In this document: one piece after another, positions 48,521-63,255 of the stretch
Layout: each line of letters begins with the position of its first letter
Position numbering within the stretch: position 1 is the stretch's first letter
From: Anaeramoeba ignava BMAN
Taxonomy: Eukaryota; Protista; Anaeramoebae
Reading direction: 5' to 3'
DNA length: 64,000 nt
Assembly (NCBI GenBank): GCA_028826165.1
Contig: JAPDFW010000059.1
Coordinates: forward strand, 186,001-250,000
Translations under genes and position numbers: made by a program
The notes under the pieces: model-generated
Database searches by the model: none
What the model was told of the DNA's origin: nothing
The model's input: only the letters and a program-made list of their open reading frames with translations

Positions 48521-48944
48521 AATTTAAAATTTGTTTTGATATTTTGGAATATTTTTTATTTGCCAGTTTTTTGAATTAAAAAATAAATTGGAAAATTTTT
48601 ATTTAGAAATCTTTTTGAAGGGGGTTTCTGGTAAAAAAATTTTTTTTTATAATTTTTTTTTTTGTGATCGAAATTTAATTGATCTTTAAAATTAGAAAGT
48701 AATATTAAAAAAAGAACCCTAACTTTATTGCTATTTATTTTTATTTGATTGTTTAAAAGAATTTTTTCCACTTCATTTTTGGGTTTTTTATTTTTTTATT
48801 TTTATTTTTATTTTCATTTTCATTTTTATTTTCATTTTTTGATTCAAATTAAAATAAATTAATTTTGTGATCTTTCCTTCTTGATTAATTTGATTTTTGT
48901 TTTTTAATTAGAATATAAAAATTGATTTAAAAGATTTGAACTAA

Positions 48945-49467
48945 ATGACAATTGAATTATTATTTGAATTATTTTTTCTTGGTTTTTCCATTTTTTCCAT
49001 TTTACTTTTTGCTTTTTTTATTATTGCTTTGATTCGAACCAGAATTAATCCAGAATTATTACTTCCATTAATGGATGATCCCAACTCACTTTTTTTAGAT
49101 ATTATGTTCAATTCACAAAATCAAATAAATGAAACAAAACAAACTCCAATTACTGAAAAAGAATTATCAATATTACCAAAAATTCAATTAACAAAAGAAC
49201 ACTTTCAAAAAATGGAAAATTTTTTAAAAAACCAACTTGAAGGACGTTGTTGTATTTGTTTAGAGAAATTTAATGAAGGAGATAATATTACAACTCTTCC
49301 TTGTTTTGTAATTAAATTAAATCAAAATCAAAATCAAAATTAAATTTAAATTAAATCGTTTTTTTTTTGCTTTTTTTTATTATTTTTAGCACATCTTCCA
49401 TTCTTCTTGTATTCAAACTTGGCTTAATATGAATAAAGTTTGTCCTCTTTGTAAAACTTGGAAATAA
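48945..49467 (+). CDS. Single-TM RING-H2 E3 ligase (ATL-like), copy 1
   Basis: Exons 48945-49307 and 49390-49467: N-terminal TM, CCICLEKF...LPCF|HIFHSSCIQTWLNMNKVCPLCK. Confidence 0.9.
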
Positions 49468-49949
49468 TTTAATGAGAACAAAAAAGCAAAGATTTTTTTA
49501 CTTTTTTTTTTAACAATTAAAAAATAATTTGTTTGATTTGTATATTTCTCTTCTTTTTTTTTTTAAATTGAATTGAAAAAAGTAGATTAAAATTTGAATA
49601 AAAAGAAAAGAAAAAATTTATTCCACTTTTTCATTTTTTTTTTATTTTTTTTGGATTAAAAAAAAAAGAAAAAAGGAGAATAAAAATAATAAAAAAGGAG
49701 AAAAATTAAAATAAATTTTAATTTAAATTTTAGATAAAACAAAATCCAACTTGAATCCAGTTAGGATTTAGTTGGAAATAAAATTTAATTTAAATTTAAA
49801 TAAAACAAAAGAAAATTATTTTTTAAACAAGTGAAAATGATCAATAAAAAATTAAAATAAAAAAAAGTTTATTTGATCTTTTTTTATTTTTCATTTTTCT
49901 TTTTTATTTTTTCTTATTTTTTCTTATTTTTAGTTTTTTTAATTTTTCA

Positions 49950-50438
49950 ATGGAATCTACAATTCCAATTGAATTTTTATTGATAGGTTCAATAATTTTT
50001 TCAGGTTTTCTTTTTACAATTGCAATAATATTTGTTTTTCGTGCAAGATCAAATCCACAAATATTACTTCCAACAATAAACAATCCAAATCTTCATTTTG
50101 AAGTTGTTTTCTATTCACAAAATCAATCAAATCAATCAATGATAAGTCAAATAGAATTATCAAGTTTACCAACAATTAAATTATCAAAAACAGATTCTTG
50201 TCACTTAAGTAAACTTGAAGGACGTTGTTGTATTTGTTTAGATAAATTTAATGAAGGAGATATTATTACAACTCTTCCTTGTTTTGTAATTAAATTTAAA
50301 AATGGAAAAGGAAAAAATTTTTCTCTTTTTGATTAATTTTTTTAATCATTTTATTTTTAGCATATTTTTCATTCTTCTTGTATTGAAGCTTGGCTTAAAA
50401 TGAATAAGGTTTGTCCTCTTTGTAAAACTTGGAAATAA
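49950..50438 (+). CDS. Single-TM RING-H2 E3 ligase, copy 2
   Basis: Exons 49950-50285 and 50361-50438; same intron position and near-identical RING. Confidence 0.9.
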
Positions 50439-50567
50439 TTTAAAGAGAACAAGAAAAGAACAAAAATTTTGATTTTTATCCTTTTTTTTTGAATAAATTT
50501 GTTTTTAATTTTAATTTTAATTTGTTTTGATTTCATAAAAAAAAAAAACAAGACAAAATCAAATTTT

Positions 50568-53500
50568 TTAGAGTTTTCGATTGCGAATTATAATTGAAGG
50601 AGCAATTTTGTGTTGAGAATCATATTTTATCATATAATTAGAAATAGGAACTTTAGATTCAAATTCAGTATCTTTTAACCAAGAACTAATCCATTGAATC
50701 ATTTCTGATTTACTTTTTCCAAAATCACTTGAATAAGAACGAAATAATCTTGGAAGAATAATCTTAAAAATAATAATAAAAATAATTGATTAGTTTTTTC
50801 TTTTTTTTGTTCCAAAATTGATATTAATAATTTCTCACTCTTTTTTGTTTATGATCAATTTTGACATGATGGAAAAGATAAACTTTAACTGTTTCAGAAA
50901 GTTCTTTTTGATAATCTTCTAATCGATAAACTTGTAACGGAATATGTTTATCAGTAAGAGAAAGTAAAGCGAATAAAAATCGATGATCTTTCATGTGAAT
51001 GACAAATTTTTCTCTTGCGTCATTTTGTTTGAAATATTTATCTCCTCCCATAAAATTTTTGCTTTTTGACTTGCGGTCTCCATGCAAAATTCCATCATGA
51101 ATATCAAGCAATGAAAATTCATATCCTGAAATTGAATATTTATTTTCTGTCAAGAATTTTCTTTTTGTTGATTTGTCATAAGGAAGTCCTTTTGAGATTA
51201 TTGAGTGAAGAAATAATGTATTGTAGATATTGATAAAGAAAAGGAATCTTTCTTCTTGAGTAATATTTTCAATATCAACCTTTTTAGTGTTTAATTTCAA
51301 TTTAAAATTTTTTTCAATTTAAAATTTTTTTTTTTCTTGAAATTAATTGATTTTTTTCACTTTTTGAAGTTCAAGTGTTTGAACTGAAAATCTTCGAAAA
51401 GAAATTGAATGTGAAAGTAATTCACAATTAATTTCTTCTGAACTTATTGAGTAATAAGTATTTATTAACTCAATAAGAACACTAAATAAATCAACTGAAA
51501 GCGCAAAAGCTTCTCTTGGAGTTTTTTGAAACTCAGAATCAAGATTAAGAGGTAAAGATTTCTGAGATTTATTCAAATCTAATTTCGCCTATAAATATTA
51601 TTTCCATTTTAAAAATTAACAATTTGATTTCTTTTCTTTTTTTCTTTTTTTCTTTTTGGAAAAATCAAATATTTTTATGTATAAAAAATATACAGTAATT
51701 ATTCTTGAAGATAATATTTGTTGATCAGAACTTAAATCAATCATTAATGAATTATATAATTTTGAGTTTTTAAATGGTTGAAAAGTTTCTTCAGTTAATT
51801 TTTTCAATACAAATTGTTGTATTGAATCAAACATTGAATTTGTTGTTTTTTTTTCTTGGATTAATTTTGTAATTTCTTCTCTTTCTGAAAGTTGGATGTT
51901 AATTTCAAAAATAGAATCTGGTTCAATAAATCTCTCATAAATTAGTTCAGCAGAAGAGAATAAATCCTATTAAATTTTAATTTGAAATTTTTAATCTTGA
52001 TTTTTTTTCATTTCCAAACTCAATTTTTTACTGATTCATCAATAATTTGTTTAAATTTGTTCACTTCAAGATAAAAAGATAAATTTTCTGTTGAAAATTG
52101 TGATGATAAAAATTCTCTAAAATAAAAAATTGCAAGTGGAATTTTCAATAATTCTTGAAGAATTTCAATCGGTTCATCTTTTAAAATTTTCTGATAAATC
52201 AATAAATAAATTTAAATTTAATTAAATTTTAATTTTAATTTTAATTTTAATTTTAATTTTAAAGGAAAATTACGGAGAAAAATTTATCATATTTTTCGTT
52301 TTCTCTAAAAAAATGATTAGAATTATTTTTTTTTGAATTTGAACTTTTTTTTTTTTTAAATTTCATACTTTAATGGTGATTCTACTTGGATTAAATTATC
52401 TTTTAAAGATCCAGATCTTCTTATTCTATATGGATTTGATTCCATATTTTTCCTTTTTTTTGGATCAAATTCCTCAATTTCTGAACCTTGATCAGTCTTT
52501 AAAAATAAAAATAAAAATTAAGAAATTAATTCAATATTTGGAAATATTTTTTTGTTTCCATTTTCTTGTTCAAATTATACAGTTGAATCAGATAAATCAA
52601 CATCAGAATATTCTTTTGAAATGAAAGGAAGAGATTCATTATGAATTTGGAAAATCATTTTCTGAAGCTTTTTTTGTTCATGACGAAGATTTTCATTTTC
52701 ATTTAGAACTTCTTGATATTTTTTTCCTAAAGAAGAATATTGTTCCAATTTTTTTTGGTAAATCAAATTCTCTTGATTTGCTTTTTCTTTTTCAATTTGC
52801 AATTTATTTAGCAATTGATTTCTTTGTTCGATTTGCGATTGCAACAAAGGAATAAAATCAGGAACTTTTTCTTTTTTTGTTTCGATATCAAATTTTGGAA
52901 ATAAATTGAATAAATCTTCATATTCTTGAGTTTTCTGTTGAATGCTTTCTTCCAATTCCTTTGTTTCCGAAAGAATGGAACTTTCTGAATTTGCCTTTTC
53001 ATTCTGAAGAAAAGATTGTATTGATTCAATTTCGGATTGTATTTTTTGTTCCTCTTCTTTTTCTAATTGGAATTCTTGAATAAGAATTTCTTTTTCTTTG
53101 ATAAGATCCAAGATTTCTTTTTCGTCCTCGATTAAAGAATCGTTATCCATATTAGTTTGCTTGGAAATCTCATCCATTGCTATTTCATGCTCCATTTTTT
53201 GCTCGACAATTTTTTGTTGGATGTCTTCAAACTCCCTTTTCATTTGATCCAGTTCTGCTTGTTTTTGATGAATAACATTTCTCATTTCATTATTTTCAGA
53301 AGTTTGAGTTTTAAGTTTAAACAGTAATTCTTCGTGTTTGGAGCTTTTTTGAACTTGATCATTTTTGATTAATTCTTGGTATTTTTTATTTAGTTCATTG
53401 TATTCTTTTTCTATATTTTTAAAATTATCACTTGAATCTGATTTATTGCTTGAATCTTCTTCATTATAAGAAAGTGATTTATTTGATTTGTATAAATTAA

Positions 53501-56500
53501 ACTCAACTAAATCCATTTTAGAATCTTTTGTGGGTGATTTATGTGGGCTTATTGGTGAAAAATCAAATGGATTTGTGTGTGTTCTTTTTGGTGTTTGAAT
53601 AAAGTTAAAATCTATATCATCGATATTAAGAAATTGTTCATCTAGCAAAATTTCCTGAAATATATCGTTATCTGAATCTTCTGATTCATGTAATTTATTT
53701 AGATTTTCCCAATGATTTTCAATTTTTTTGATAATAATTTCTTCTTCTTCTTTTTTATCTTTAATTAAATCAATATTCTGAATAAGTATTGTCTGGATTA
53801 GATTTACTCCTTTTAATTTAATAGGACGAGCTATCATTTCAAGTTTTTTAATTTCGTTTTCAGAATTTTTGATTTCTAATTTTTTAGAATCATAACCTTT
53901 TGAATTTCTTAAATTTTATATAATTTTATATTTAATTTTATATTTAATTTTATAATTTTATAAATAATTTTATAAATAATTTTATTAATAATTTTATTAA
54001 TAATTTTATAAATAATTTTATAAATAGTTTTATTAATAATTTAATAATTAATTTTATAAATAATTTTATATTTAATTTTATAAATAATTTTATAAATAAT
54101 TTTATATTAATTTTATAAAAATTTTATAAATAATTTTATTAAATAATTTTATAAATAATTTTATAAATAATTTTATAAATAATTTTATAAATAATTTTAT
54201 AAATAATTTTATAAATAATTTTATAAATAATTTTATAAATAATTTAATCAATAATTTTATAAATAATTTTATAAATAATTTTATATTTAATTTTATAAAT
54301 AATTTTAATATTTAATTTTATAAATAATTTTATAATTAATTTAATAAATAATTTTATAAATAATTTTATAAATAATTTTATAAATAATTTTATAAATAAT
54401 TTTATAAATTAATTTAATTTTATAATAATTTTATAAATAATTTTATATTTAATTTTATATTTAATTTTTATATTTAATTTTATAATTAATTTTATAATTT
54501 TAATTTAATTTTATAAATAATTTTATAAATAATTTTATAAATAATTTTATAAATAATTTTATAATTAATTTTTATAAATAATTTTATAATTAATTTTATA
54601 ATTAATTTTATAAATTTTTATAAATAATTTTTATAAATAATTTTTATAAATAATTTTATAAATTGAATTTTTATAAATAATTTTATAAATAATTTTATAA
54701 ATAATTTTATAAATAATTTTATAAATAATTTTATAAATAATTTTTATAAATAATTTTATAAATATTTTATAAATAATTTTATAAATAATTTTATAAATAA
54801 TTTTATAAATAATTTTATAAATAATTTTATATAATTTTATTTTTATAAAAATTTTATAATTAATTTTATATTTAATTTTATAAATAATTTTTATTTAATT
54901 TTATAAATAATTTTATAAATAATTTTATAAATAATTTTATAAATAATTTTTATAAATAATTTTATAAATAATTTTATAAATAATTTTATAAATAATTTTA
55001 TAAATAATTTTATAAATTAATTTTATAAATAATTTTATAAATAATTTTATAAATAATTTTATAATTAATTTTATATTTAATTTTTTATAATTAATTTTTA
55101 TATTTAATTTTATAATTAATTTTATAATTAATTTTATAATTTAATTTTATAATTAATTTTTTATATATATAATTTTATAATTAATTTTTATATTTAATTT
55201 TATATTTAATTTTATATATATAATTTTTATATTTAATTTAATAAATAATTTTTTATAATTAATTTTATAATTTAATTTTATAAATAATTTTATAAATAAT
55301 TTTATAAATAATTTTATAAATTTTTTATAAATAATTTTATAAATAATTTTATAAATAATTTTATAAATAATTTTATAAATAATTTTATAAATAATTTTAT
55401 AAATAATTTTATAAATAATTTTTATAATTTAATTTTATATTTAATTTTATAAATAATTTTATAAATAATTTTATAAATAATTTTATATTTAATTTTTATA
55501 AATAATTTTATAATTAATTTTATATAAATAATTTTATAAATAATTTTATATTTAATTTTATAAATAATTTTATATATAATTTTATAAATAATTTTATAAA
55601 TAATTTTATAATTAATTTTATAATTAATTTTATAAATAATTTTATAATTAATTTTATAATTAATTTTATAAATAATTTTATATATAATTTTATAAATAAT
55701 TTTATATTTAATTTTATAAATAATTTTATAATTAATTTTTCAATTAAATTTGTGTTGTTAATTTTATAAATAATTTAATTTTATAATTAATTTTATAATT
55801 AATTTTATATTTAATTTTTATAAATAATTTTATAAATAATTTTATTATTTAATTTTATAAATAATTTTATAAATAATTTTTATATTTAATTTTATATATA
55901 TAATTTTATAAATAATTTTATATTTAATTTTATTAAATAATTTTATAAATAATTTAATAATTAATTTTTATAATTAATTTTTTATAAATAATTTTATAAA
56001 TAATTTTATAAATAATTTTGTATTTAATTTTATATTTAATTTTATAAATAATTTTATAAATAATTTTATAAATAATTTTATAAATAATTTAATTTTATAA
56101 ATAATTTTATAAATAATTTTATAAAAATAATTTTATAAATAATTTTATTATTAATTTTATTATTAATTTTATATATAATTTTATAAATAATTTTATAAAT
56201 AATTTTATAAATAATTTTATAAATAATTTTATAAATAATTTTATAAATAATTTTATAAATAATTTTATAAATTTAATTTTATAATTAATTTTATATTTAA
56301 TTTTATAATAATTTTATAAATAATTTTATAAATAATTTTATAAATAATTTTATAAATAATTTTATAAATAATTTTATAAATAATTTTTATAAATAATTTT
56401 ATAAATAATTTTATAATTAATTTTATAAATAATTTTATAAATAATTTTATATTTAATTTTATAAATAATTTTATAAATAATTTTATAAATAATTTTATAA

Positions 56501-58341
56501 ATAATTTTATAAATAATTTTATAAATAATTTTATAAATAATTTTATAAATAATTTTATAAATAATTTTTATAAAATAATTTTATAAATAATTTTATAAAT
56601 AATTTTATAAATAATTTTATAAATAATTTTGTATATAATTTTATAATTAATTTTATATTTAATTTTATTATTAATTTTATAATTAATTTTATAAATAATT
56701 TTATATATAATTTTATAATTAATTTTATAATTAATTTTCATAAATAATTTTATAAATAATTTTATAAATAATTTTATAAAATTAATTTTATAAATAATTT
56801 TATATATAATTTTATAAATAATTTTAATATATAATTTTATAATTAATTTTATAATTAATTTTATAAATAATTTTATAAATAATTTTATAAATAATTTTAT
56901 AATTTTATATTTAATTTAATAAATAATTTTATATTTAATTTTATAAATAATTTTATAATTAATTTTATAATTAATTTTATATTTAATTTAATAAATAATT
57001 TTTATATTTAATTTAATAAATAATTTTATATATAATTTTATAAATAATTTTAATAAATAATTTTATAAATAATTTTATATATAATTTTATTATTAATTTT
57101 ATATTTAATTTTATAATTAATTTTATAAATAATTTTATAATTAATTTTATAATTAATTTTATAAATAATTTTATAAATAATTTTATAAATAATTTTTTAA
57201 ATAATTTTTTATAAATAATTTTATAAATAATTTTATAAATAATTTTATAAATAATTTTATAATTAATTTTATAATTAATTTTTTAAAATAATTTTATAAA
57301 TAATTTAATAAATTTTTATATAATTTTTTATAAATAATTTTATATATAATTTTTTATAAATAATTTTATATATAATTTTATAAATAATTTTAGTATATAA
57401 TTTTATAAATAATTTTATATATAATTTTATAAAATAATTTTTATAAATAATTTTATAAATAATTTTATAAATAATTTTATAATTAATTTTATATTTAATT
57501 TTATAAATAATTTTAATAAATAATTTTATATTTAATTTTATAAATAATTTTATAAATAATTTTTATAATTAATTTTATAATTAATTTTATAAATAATTTT
57601 ATATTTAATTTTATAAATAATTTTATAATTAATTTTATAAATAATTTTATAAATAATTTTATAAATAATTTTATATTTAATTTTATAATTAATTTTATTT
57701 AAATAATTTTATAAATAATTTTATAAATAATTTTATAAATAATTTTATATTTAATTTTATAATTAATTTAATAAATAATTTTATAAATAATTTTATAAAT
57801 AATTTTATAAATAATTTTATATTTAATTTTATATTTAATTTTATATTTAATTTTATTAATAATTTTATAAATAATTTTATAATTAATTTTATAAATAATT
57901 TTATAAATAATTTTATATTTAATTTTATAAATAATTTTATAAATAATTTTATATTTAATTTTATATATAATTTTATAAATAATTTTATTAATAATTTTTC
58001 AATTAAATTTGTGTTGTTAATTTTTTTTTTGAGGAGTTCTCTTTATTTTTTAACAATAAAATATAATATGTTTACTCATAAACTTTATTAAAAAAAGCAC
58101 CAAATTCTTCAAAAGAAATTTTTTCTCCATCTTCATTTTGAAAAAACATTAAAAATTGTTTTTGTAAATTTTCCTTTTGTAAATTATTTGTCAACAAACT
58201 AGCAAATAAAGAATTTGAAAATTCAATGTCTCCTCGACAATTTAATAAAGCAATTGGAGATTCTTCCTTTTCTAGAGATGAATAAAGATTCTCTTCCTTA
58301 TTAGATTTAATATTTAACGTTTTTTGAGTTAAATTTCCCAT
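50568..58341 (-). CDS. Coiled-coil + RGS + DUF547 protein with putative myristoylated PAS-like N-terminus
   Basis: Eight exons between 53907 and 50568 splice in frame by GT-AG: RGS (FREFLSSQFSTENLSFYLEV...IYERFI..EINI) and DUF547 (FFINIYNTL...SLLDIHDGIL...DHRFLFAL). The first exon, 58341-58076 (MGNL...), joins in phase across a 4.17-kb intron; this link is less certain. Confidence 0.78.
53910..58020. repeat. 12-bp (ATAAATAATTTT)n satellite, about 4.1 kb, almost free of G and C
   Basis: Visible array. Confidence 0.96.
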
Positions 58342-58439
58342 TTAAAAAAAAAATTTGAAAAAGAAAGAAAAGCAAAAAAATTTTGATAAAAAAAAAATGA
58401 ATTTTTTATTCTCTTTATTTTTCATTTTTAAAAAAAAAT

Positions 58440-58645
58440 CAATTCAAAAATCAAATTTAAAAATCAAATTAAAAATCAATTTAAAAATCAAATTAAAAAT
58501 CAAATTTAAAAATCAAATTTAAAAATCAATTTAAAAATCAAATTTAAAAATCAATTTAAAAATCAAATTTAAAAATCAATTTAAAAATCAAATTTAAAAA
58601 TCAATTTAAAATCAAATTTAAAAATCAATTTTAAAAATCAATTCT
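58440..58645. repeat. 12-13 bp (AAAAATCAA[A]TTT)n array
   Basis: Visible array. Confidence 0.85.
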
Positions 58646-58672
58646 TTGATTTCATTTTTTGGATTTATAAAT

Positions 58673-60398
58673 TTATTTCACTTCTGGTAATTTTTGATTT
58701 GATAACCAATCTTTATAATCTCTAATAAAATTTTTTGCATGTTTAAAACTTCCAAATTGAATCAAATAAGTTTGTTTTGCACAAATTGATTTTGAATGTG
58801 ATTTTTTGATTTCAATTTTCAATACTGTTTGATTTTTTGGATGAACTTTCAAAGAAGCACAAGAAATTGGAAAATGATCAACAATTTCATATTCATTTGT
58901 AATTTTGATATTATTTCCTGTCATTTCAACGATTCCTTTTCTTATTTTCTTGAGTGAACGATCCAAAAAAGAAATATCATAAAACTTAAGCATCAACGGT
59001 TTTTCTGAATCAGTTTGAGCTGCATATTCAACTTCTGAATTTTGAACTTGAGATTTTTTTGAGAGTTTGATTCGCGTATTTTTTGTTGTTTTATCAAAAC
59101 TTGCTCGAAAATGTTGATATTGATTAAGAAACAGTATTTTGTCTTGAGTGCTGAGAAAAGAAATATAGATTATTTTTGGATTTGAACAAACAAATTTGGG
59201 TCCTTTTTTCGAAAAAATAAACGATAAAACATCTTGTTGTTTCGAATTGACTTGAATTCGAAAAGATGATTTGATCTTATCAGAATAAATTTTATCTTCG
59301 GCTTTAATTGTAATATCTTCCGGAGAAATTACTAAGATTGCATCTTGTGAAATTCCTATTTTTTTGTCGTAAAGTTTCACATTGAGTGCCACGTTATTTT
59401 CAACTTGATTTTGTTCTAGATTTTCAAGTGGATTTTTTAATTCAAATGATTCAATAATTGAAATGATATCTTGTATGTTTTCAATTGAGAATATGAATTC
59501 GTAAGTTTTATTTGGTGAAATAAATTTGATTATTTTTTGGTTTTTGGATGAAAGTAAAATGCTCGAGTTTTCTCGTTTAAATTCAAATGTTTTTTCAAGA
59601 AATGTAATTTCAATATCATCATTTTGAATAGTTATTGTTGCTGGACAAATAAAATCATGTGCTTTAGAAAGGAGGTTTGCTTCAATTTTTAATTTCTGTT
59701 GATAAGATTCTTTTTAATTTTAAATTCAAATTCAAATTTTAATTTTAATTTTAATTTTAATTTTGATTTTAATTTTGATTTTAATTTTAATTTTTAATTT
59801 GATTTTAATTTTGATTTTAATTTTAATTTTAATTTTAATTTTAATTTTAATTTTAATTTTGATTTTAATTTTAATTTTAATTTTAATTTTGATTTAAATT
59901 TTAATTTTAATTTTAATTTTAATTTTGATTTTAATTTTAATTTTAATTTTGATTTTAATTTTGATTTTAATTATAATTTTAATTTTTAATTTTAATTTTA
60001 ATTTTAATTTTAATTTTAATTTTAATTTTAATTTTAATTTTAATTTTAATTTTAATTTTAATTTTAATTTTAATTTTAATTTTAATTTTAATTTTAATTT
60101 TTAATTTTAATTTTAATTTTAATTTTAATTTTAAATTTAATTTTAATTTTAATTTTAATTTTAAATTTAATTTTAATTTTGATTTTAATTTTAATTTTGA
60201 TTTTAATTTTTAATTTTAATTTTAAATTCAATTTTAAATTTTAATTTTAATTTTAATTTTAATTTTGATTTTAATTTTAAATTTACTGTTAAAATAAATC
60301 TTATTTTCGGTTAAATCTTTTAAATCTTGATTTTGTATTAATTTGGTTGAATTTAATAATGGTTCTTTTATTTGTTGAGTTGGAATTTCAGTTGTCAT
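58673..60398 (-). CDS. Hypothetical protein with about three repeated PH-like modules
   Basis: Exons 60398-60287 and 59709-58673 are in phase, with a TCATTT element upstream. Recurring beta-rich module ending in an F....helix. The fold call is tentative. Confidence 0.62.
59715..60280. repeat. (AATTTT)n microsatellite intron
   Basis: Visible hexamer array. Confidence 0.9.
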
Positions 60399-60854
60399 AA
60401 AATTGGCAAAAAAAAAATAAAAAAAAATGAAAATGAAAAAAATGAAAAATAAAAAATAAAAAATTAATAAGCGTTTTATTTTTTGAATTGGTTTTTTTCA
60501 TAAATAATCTTTTTAAAAAATAAAAACAATTTTGAGTTTCTTTCATCAAATTTTTTATTTAAATTTTTTTTTTGAAAGGGGTTATCTTTTTTTTTTTTAA
60601 TTTATTCTTTAATGCTTATTAATTAAAATTTTAAATTAAAATTGTAAATTTTTTTTTTTATTTTCTTTTTGAACTTTCCAAAAATTTTTCTTTAAAAACA
60701 ATACAATTTTAATAAATATGGGTAAAAGGTTTCATTTCAAATATTCCTTTTAAATAATTTTTTTTTTATTCTTAAATGAACTAAAATGATCTAAATTGAG
60801 TAAAAAAAAGAAAAAAGAAAAAAGAAAAATAATTTTCCCCAATTTTAAATCTGT

Positions 60855-63050
60855 AATTAAAATAAGTTTAAATTGGATAATAATTTTAAATCAATTTATT
60901 TTAATATTTTTATAATTAATTTATAATTAATTTATAATTATTATTCTTCTTTTTATTATTTATTTTTTAATTAATAAGATTTAATTGAAAAAAATTTTTT
61001 TTTTCTTTTTAATTTGAATTAATCAATTTAAATTAAATAAAATAAGTTTAAATTGGATAATAATTTTAAATCAATTTATTTTAATATTTTATAATTAATT
61101 TATAATTAATTTATTATTGCTCTTCTTTTTTTATTATTTATTTTTAATTAATAAGATCTCTTTATAAAAATTAAAGCAAAATTCTTTTTAATTTGAATTA
61201 ATCAATTTAAAATTAAATTAAATAAAATAGGTTTAAATTGGATAATAATTTTAAATCAATTTATTTTAATATTTTTATAATTAATTTATAATAATTTTAT
61301 AAATTTATTTTATTATTTATTTTTAATAATTTTAAAATTTTTTGAATTAATAATTTAAATTTTAAAATTGCTCTTTTTGGATAATTTATTTTTAATTTAT
61401 TTTAATATTTTATAATTAATTTATAAAAAATTAAAGCAAATTGATTTTTAATTTAATTTAAAAATTAATCAAAATTCTTTTAAAATCAATTTAAATAATA
61501 AAATAAGTTTAAATTGGATAATAATTTTAAATCAATTTATTTTAATATTTTTATAATTAATTTATAATTAATTTATTTAATTCTTCTTTTTATTTATTGA
61601 TTTTTAATTAAGTTTAAATTGGCGGATCTTTATAAAAATTTAAAGCAAAATTCTTTTTTTAATTTGAATTAATCAATTTAAATTAAATAAAAAATAAGTT
61701 TAAATTGGATAATAATTTTAAATCAATTTATTTTAATATTTTTATAATTAATTTATAATTAATTTATAATTGCTCTTCTTTTTATTATTGATTTTTTTAT
61801 TTTTAAAATGGAATTTATTTTAATAAGATTAATTTATAAAATTTTTCAAAATTTTTTTTAATTTGAATTAATCAATTTAAATTAAATAAAATAAGTTTAA
61901 ATTGGATAATAATTTTAAATCAATTTATTTTAATATTTTATAATTAATTTATAATTAATTTATTATTATTCTTCTTTTTATTATTTATTTTTTAATTATT
62001 AAGATCTCTTTATAAAAATTAAAGCAAAATTCTTTTTAATTTGAATTAATCAATTTAAATTAAATAAAATAAGTTTAAATTGGATAATAATTTTAAATCA
62101 ATTTATTTTAATATTTTATAATTAATTTATAATTAATTTATAATTATTCTTCTTTTTATTATTGATTTTTTTAATTAATAAGATCTCTTTATAAAAATTA
62201 AAAGCAAAATTCTTTTTAATTTGAATTAATCAATTTAAATTAAATAAAATAGGTTTAAATTGGATAATAATTTTAAATAAATTTTCATATTTAATTTTAA
62301 TTAATTTTTATTATTCTTCTTTTTAATTTATTTTTATTAATAAAATTTAATTTTTTATTTCTTTTTAATTTGAATTCTTTTAAATTTTAGTTTATTTATT
62401 TTTCAATTTATTTTAATATTTTTATTTAATTTATAATTAAAAATTATTTTTTATTTTTATCTCTTTTAAAAATTAAAAACCAAAAATCAATTTTTAAATT
62501 TTAAATAAAATAAGTTTAAATTGGATAATAATTTTAAAATCAATTTATTATTTTTAATATTTTTTAATAATTAATTTATTATTTATTTTTATTATTAAGA
62601 TCTCTTCTTCTTTTTTTATTATTGATTTTTAATTAATAAAAGATCTCTTTTAAAAATAAAGCAAAATTCTTTTTAAATTTGAAAATAAATAAAAAAAGTT
62701 TTAAATTGGATAATAATTTTAAATCAATTTATTTTATTATTTTATAATTAATTTATAATTAATTTATAATTGCTCTTCTTTTTATTATTTATTTTTAATT
62801 AATAAAATTTAATTGAAAAAAATTTTTTTTTCTTTTTAATTTGAATTAATCAATTTAAATTAAATAAAATAAGTTTAAATTGGATAATAATTTTAAATCA
62901 ATTTATTTTAATATTTTATAATTAATTTATAATTAATTTATAATTGCTCTTCTTTTTATTATTTGATTTTTAATTATTAAGATTTAATTGAAAAAAATTT
63001 TTTTCTTTCTTTTTAAAATTAAAATAAATTAATTTAAATTGGATATATTT
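60855..63050. repeat. ~180-bp tandem satellite, about 12 copies
   Basis: AATAAGTTTAAATTGGATAATAATTTTAAATCAAT recurs near 60861, 61042, 61226, 61502, 61693, 61890, 62069, 62248, 62509, 62693 and 62869. Confidence 0.9.
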
Positions 63051-63169
63051 TTTCAATTAGAATATTTGAAATTAATTTTAATTTAAATGACTAATCATTA
63101 AAAATTATTAAGATTTTGAAAAATTTTTGTTTTTAAATTTAAATTTTTTGTATATTTTTTTTTTGACAT

Positions 63170-63255
63170 AGTTTTGTTTTTGTTGTTTTTGTTTTTGTTT
63201 TTGTTTTTGTTTTTGTTTTTGTTTTTGTTTTTGATTTTGTTTCTGTTTTTGTTTA
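63170..63255. repeat. (GTTTTT)n microsatellite
   Basis: Visible hexamer array. Confidence 0.85.

Noticed and set aside
48556-48771. 71-aa ORF or small RNA near GGGGGTTTC / AACCCTAA
   Set aside because: No recognisable motif or convincing structure; probably promoter sequence.
63170-63255. Telomeric repeat
   Set aside because: Short internal (GTTTTT)n without a G-run, followed by unique sequence.
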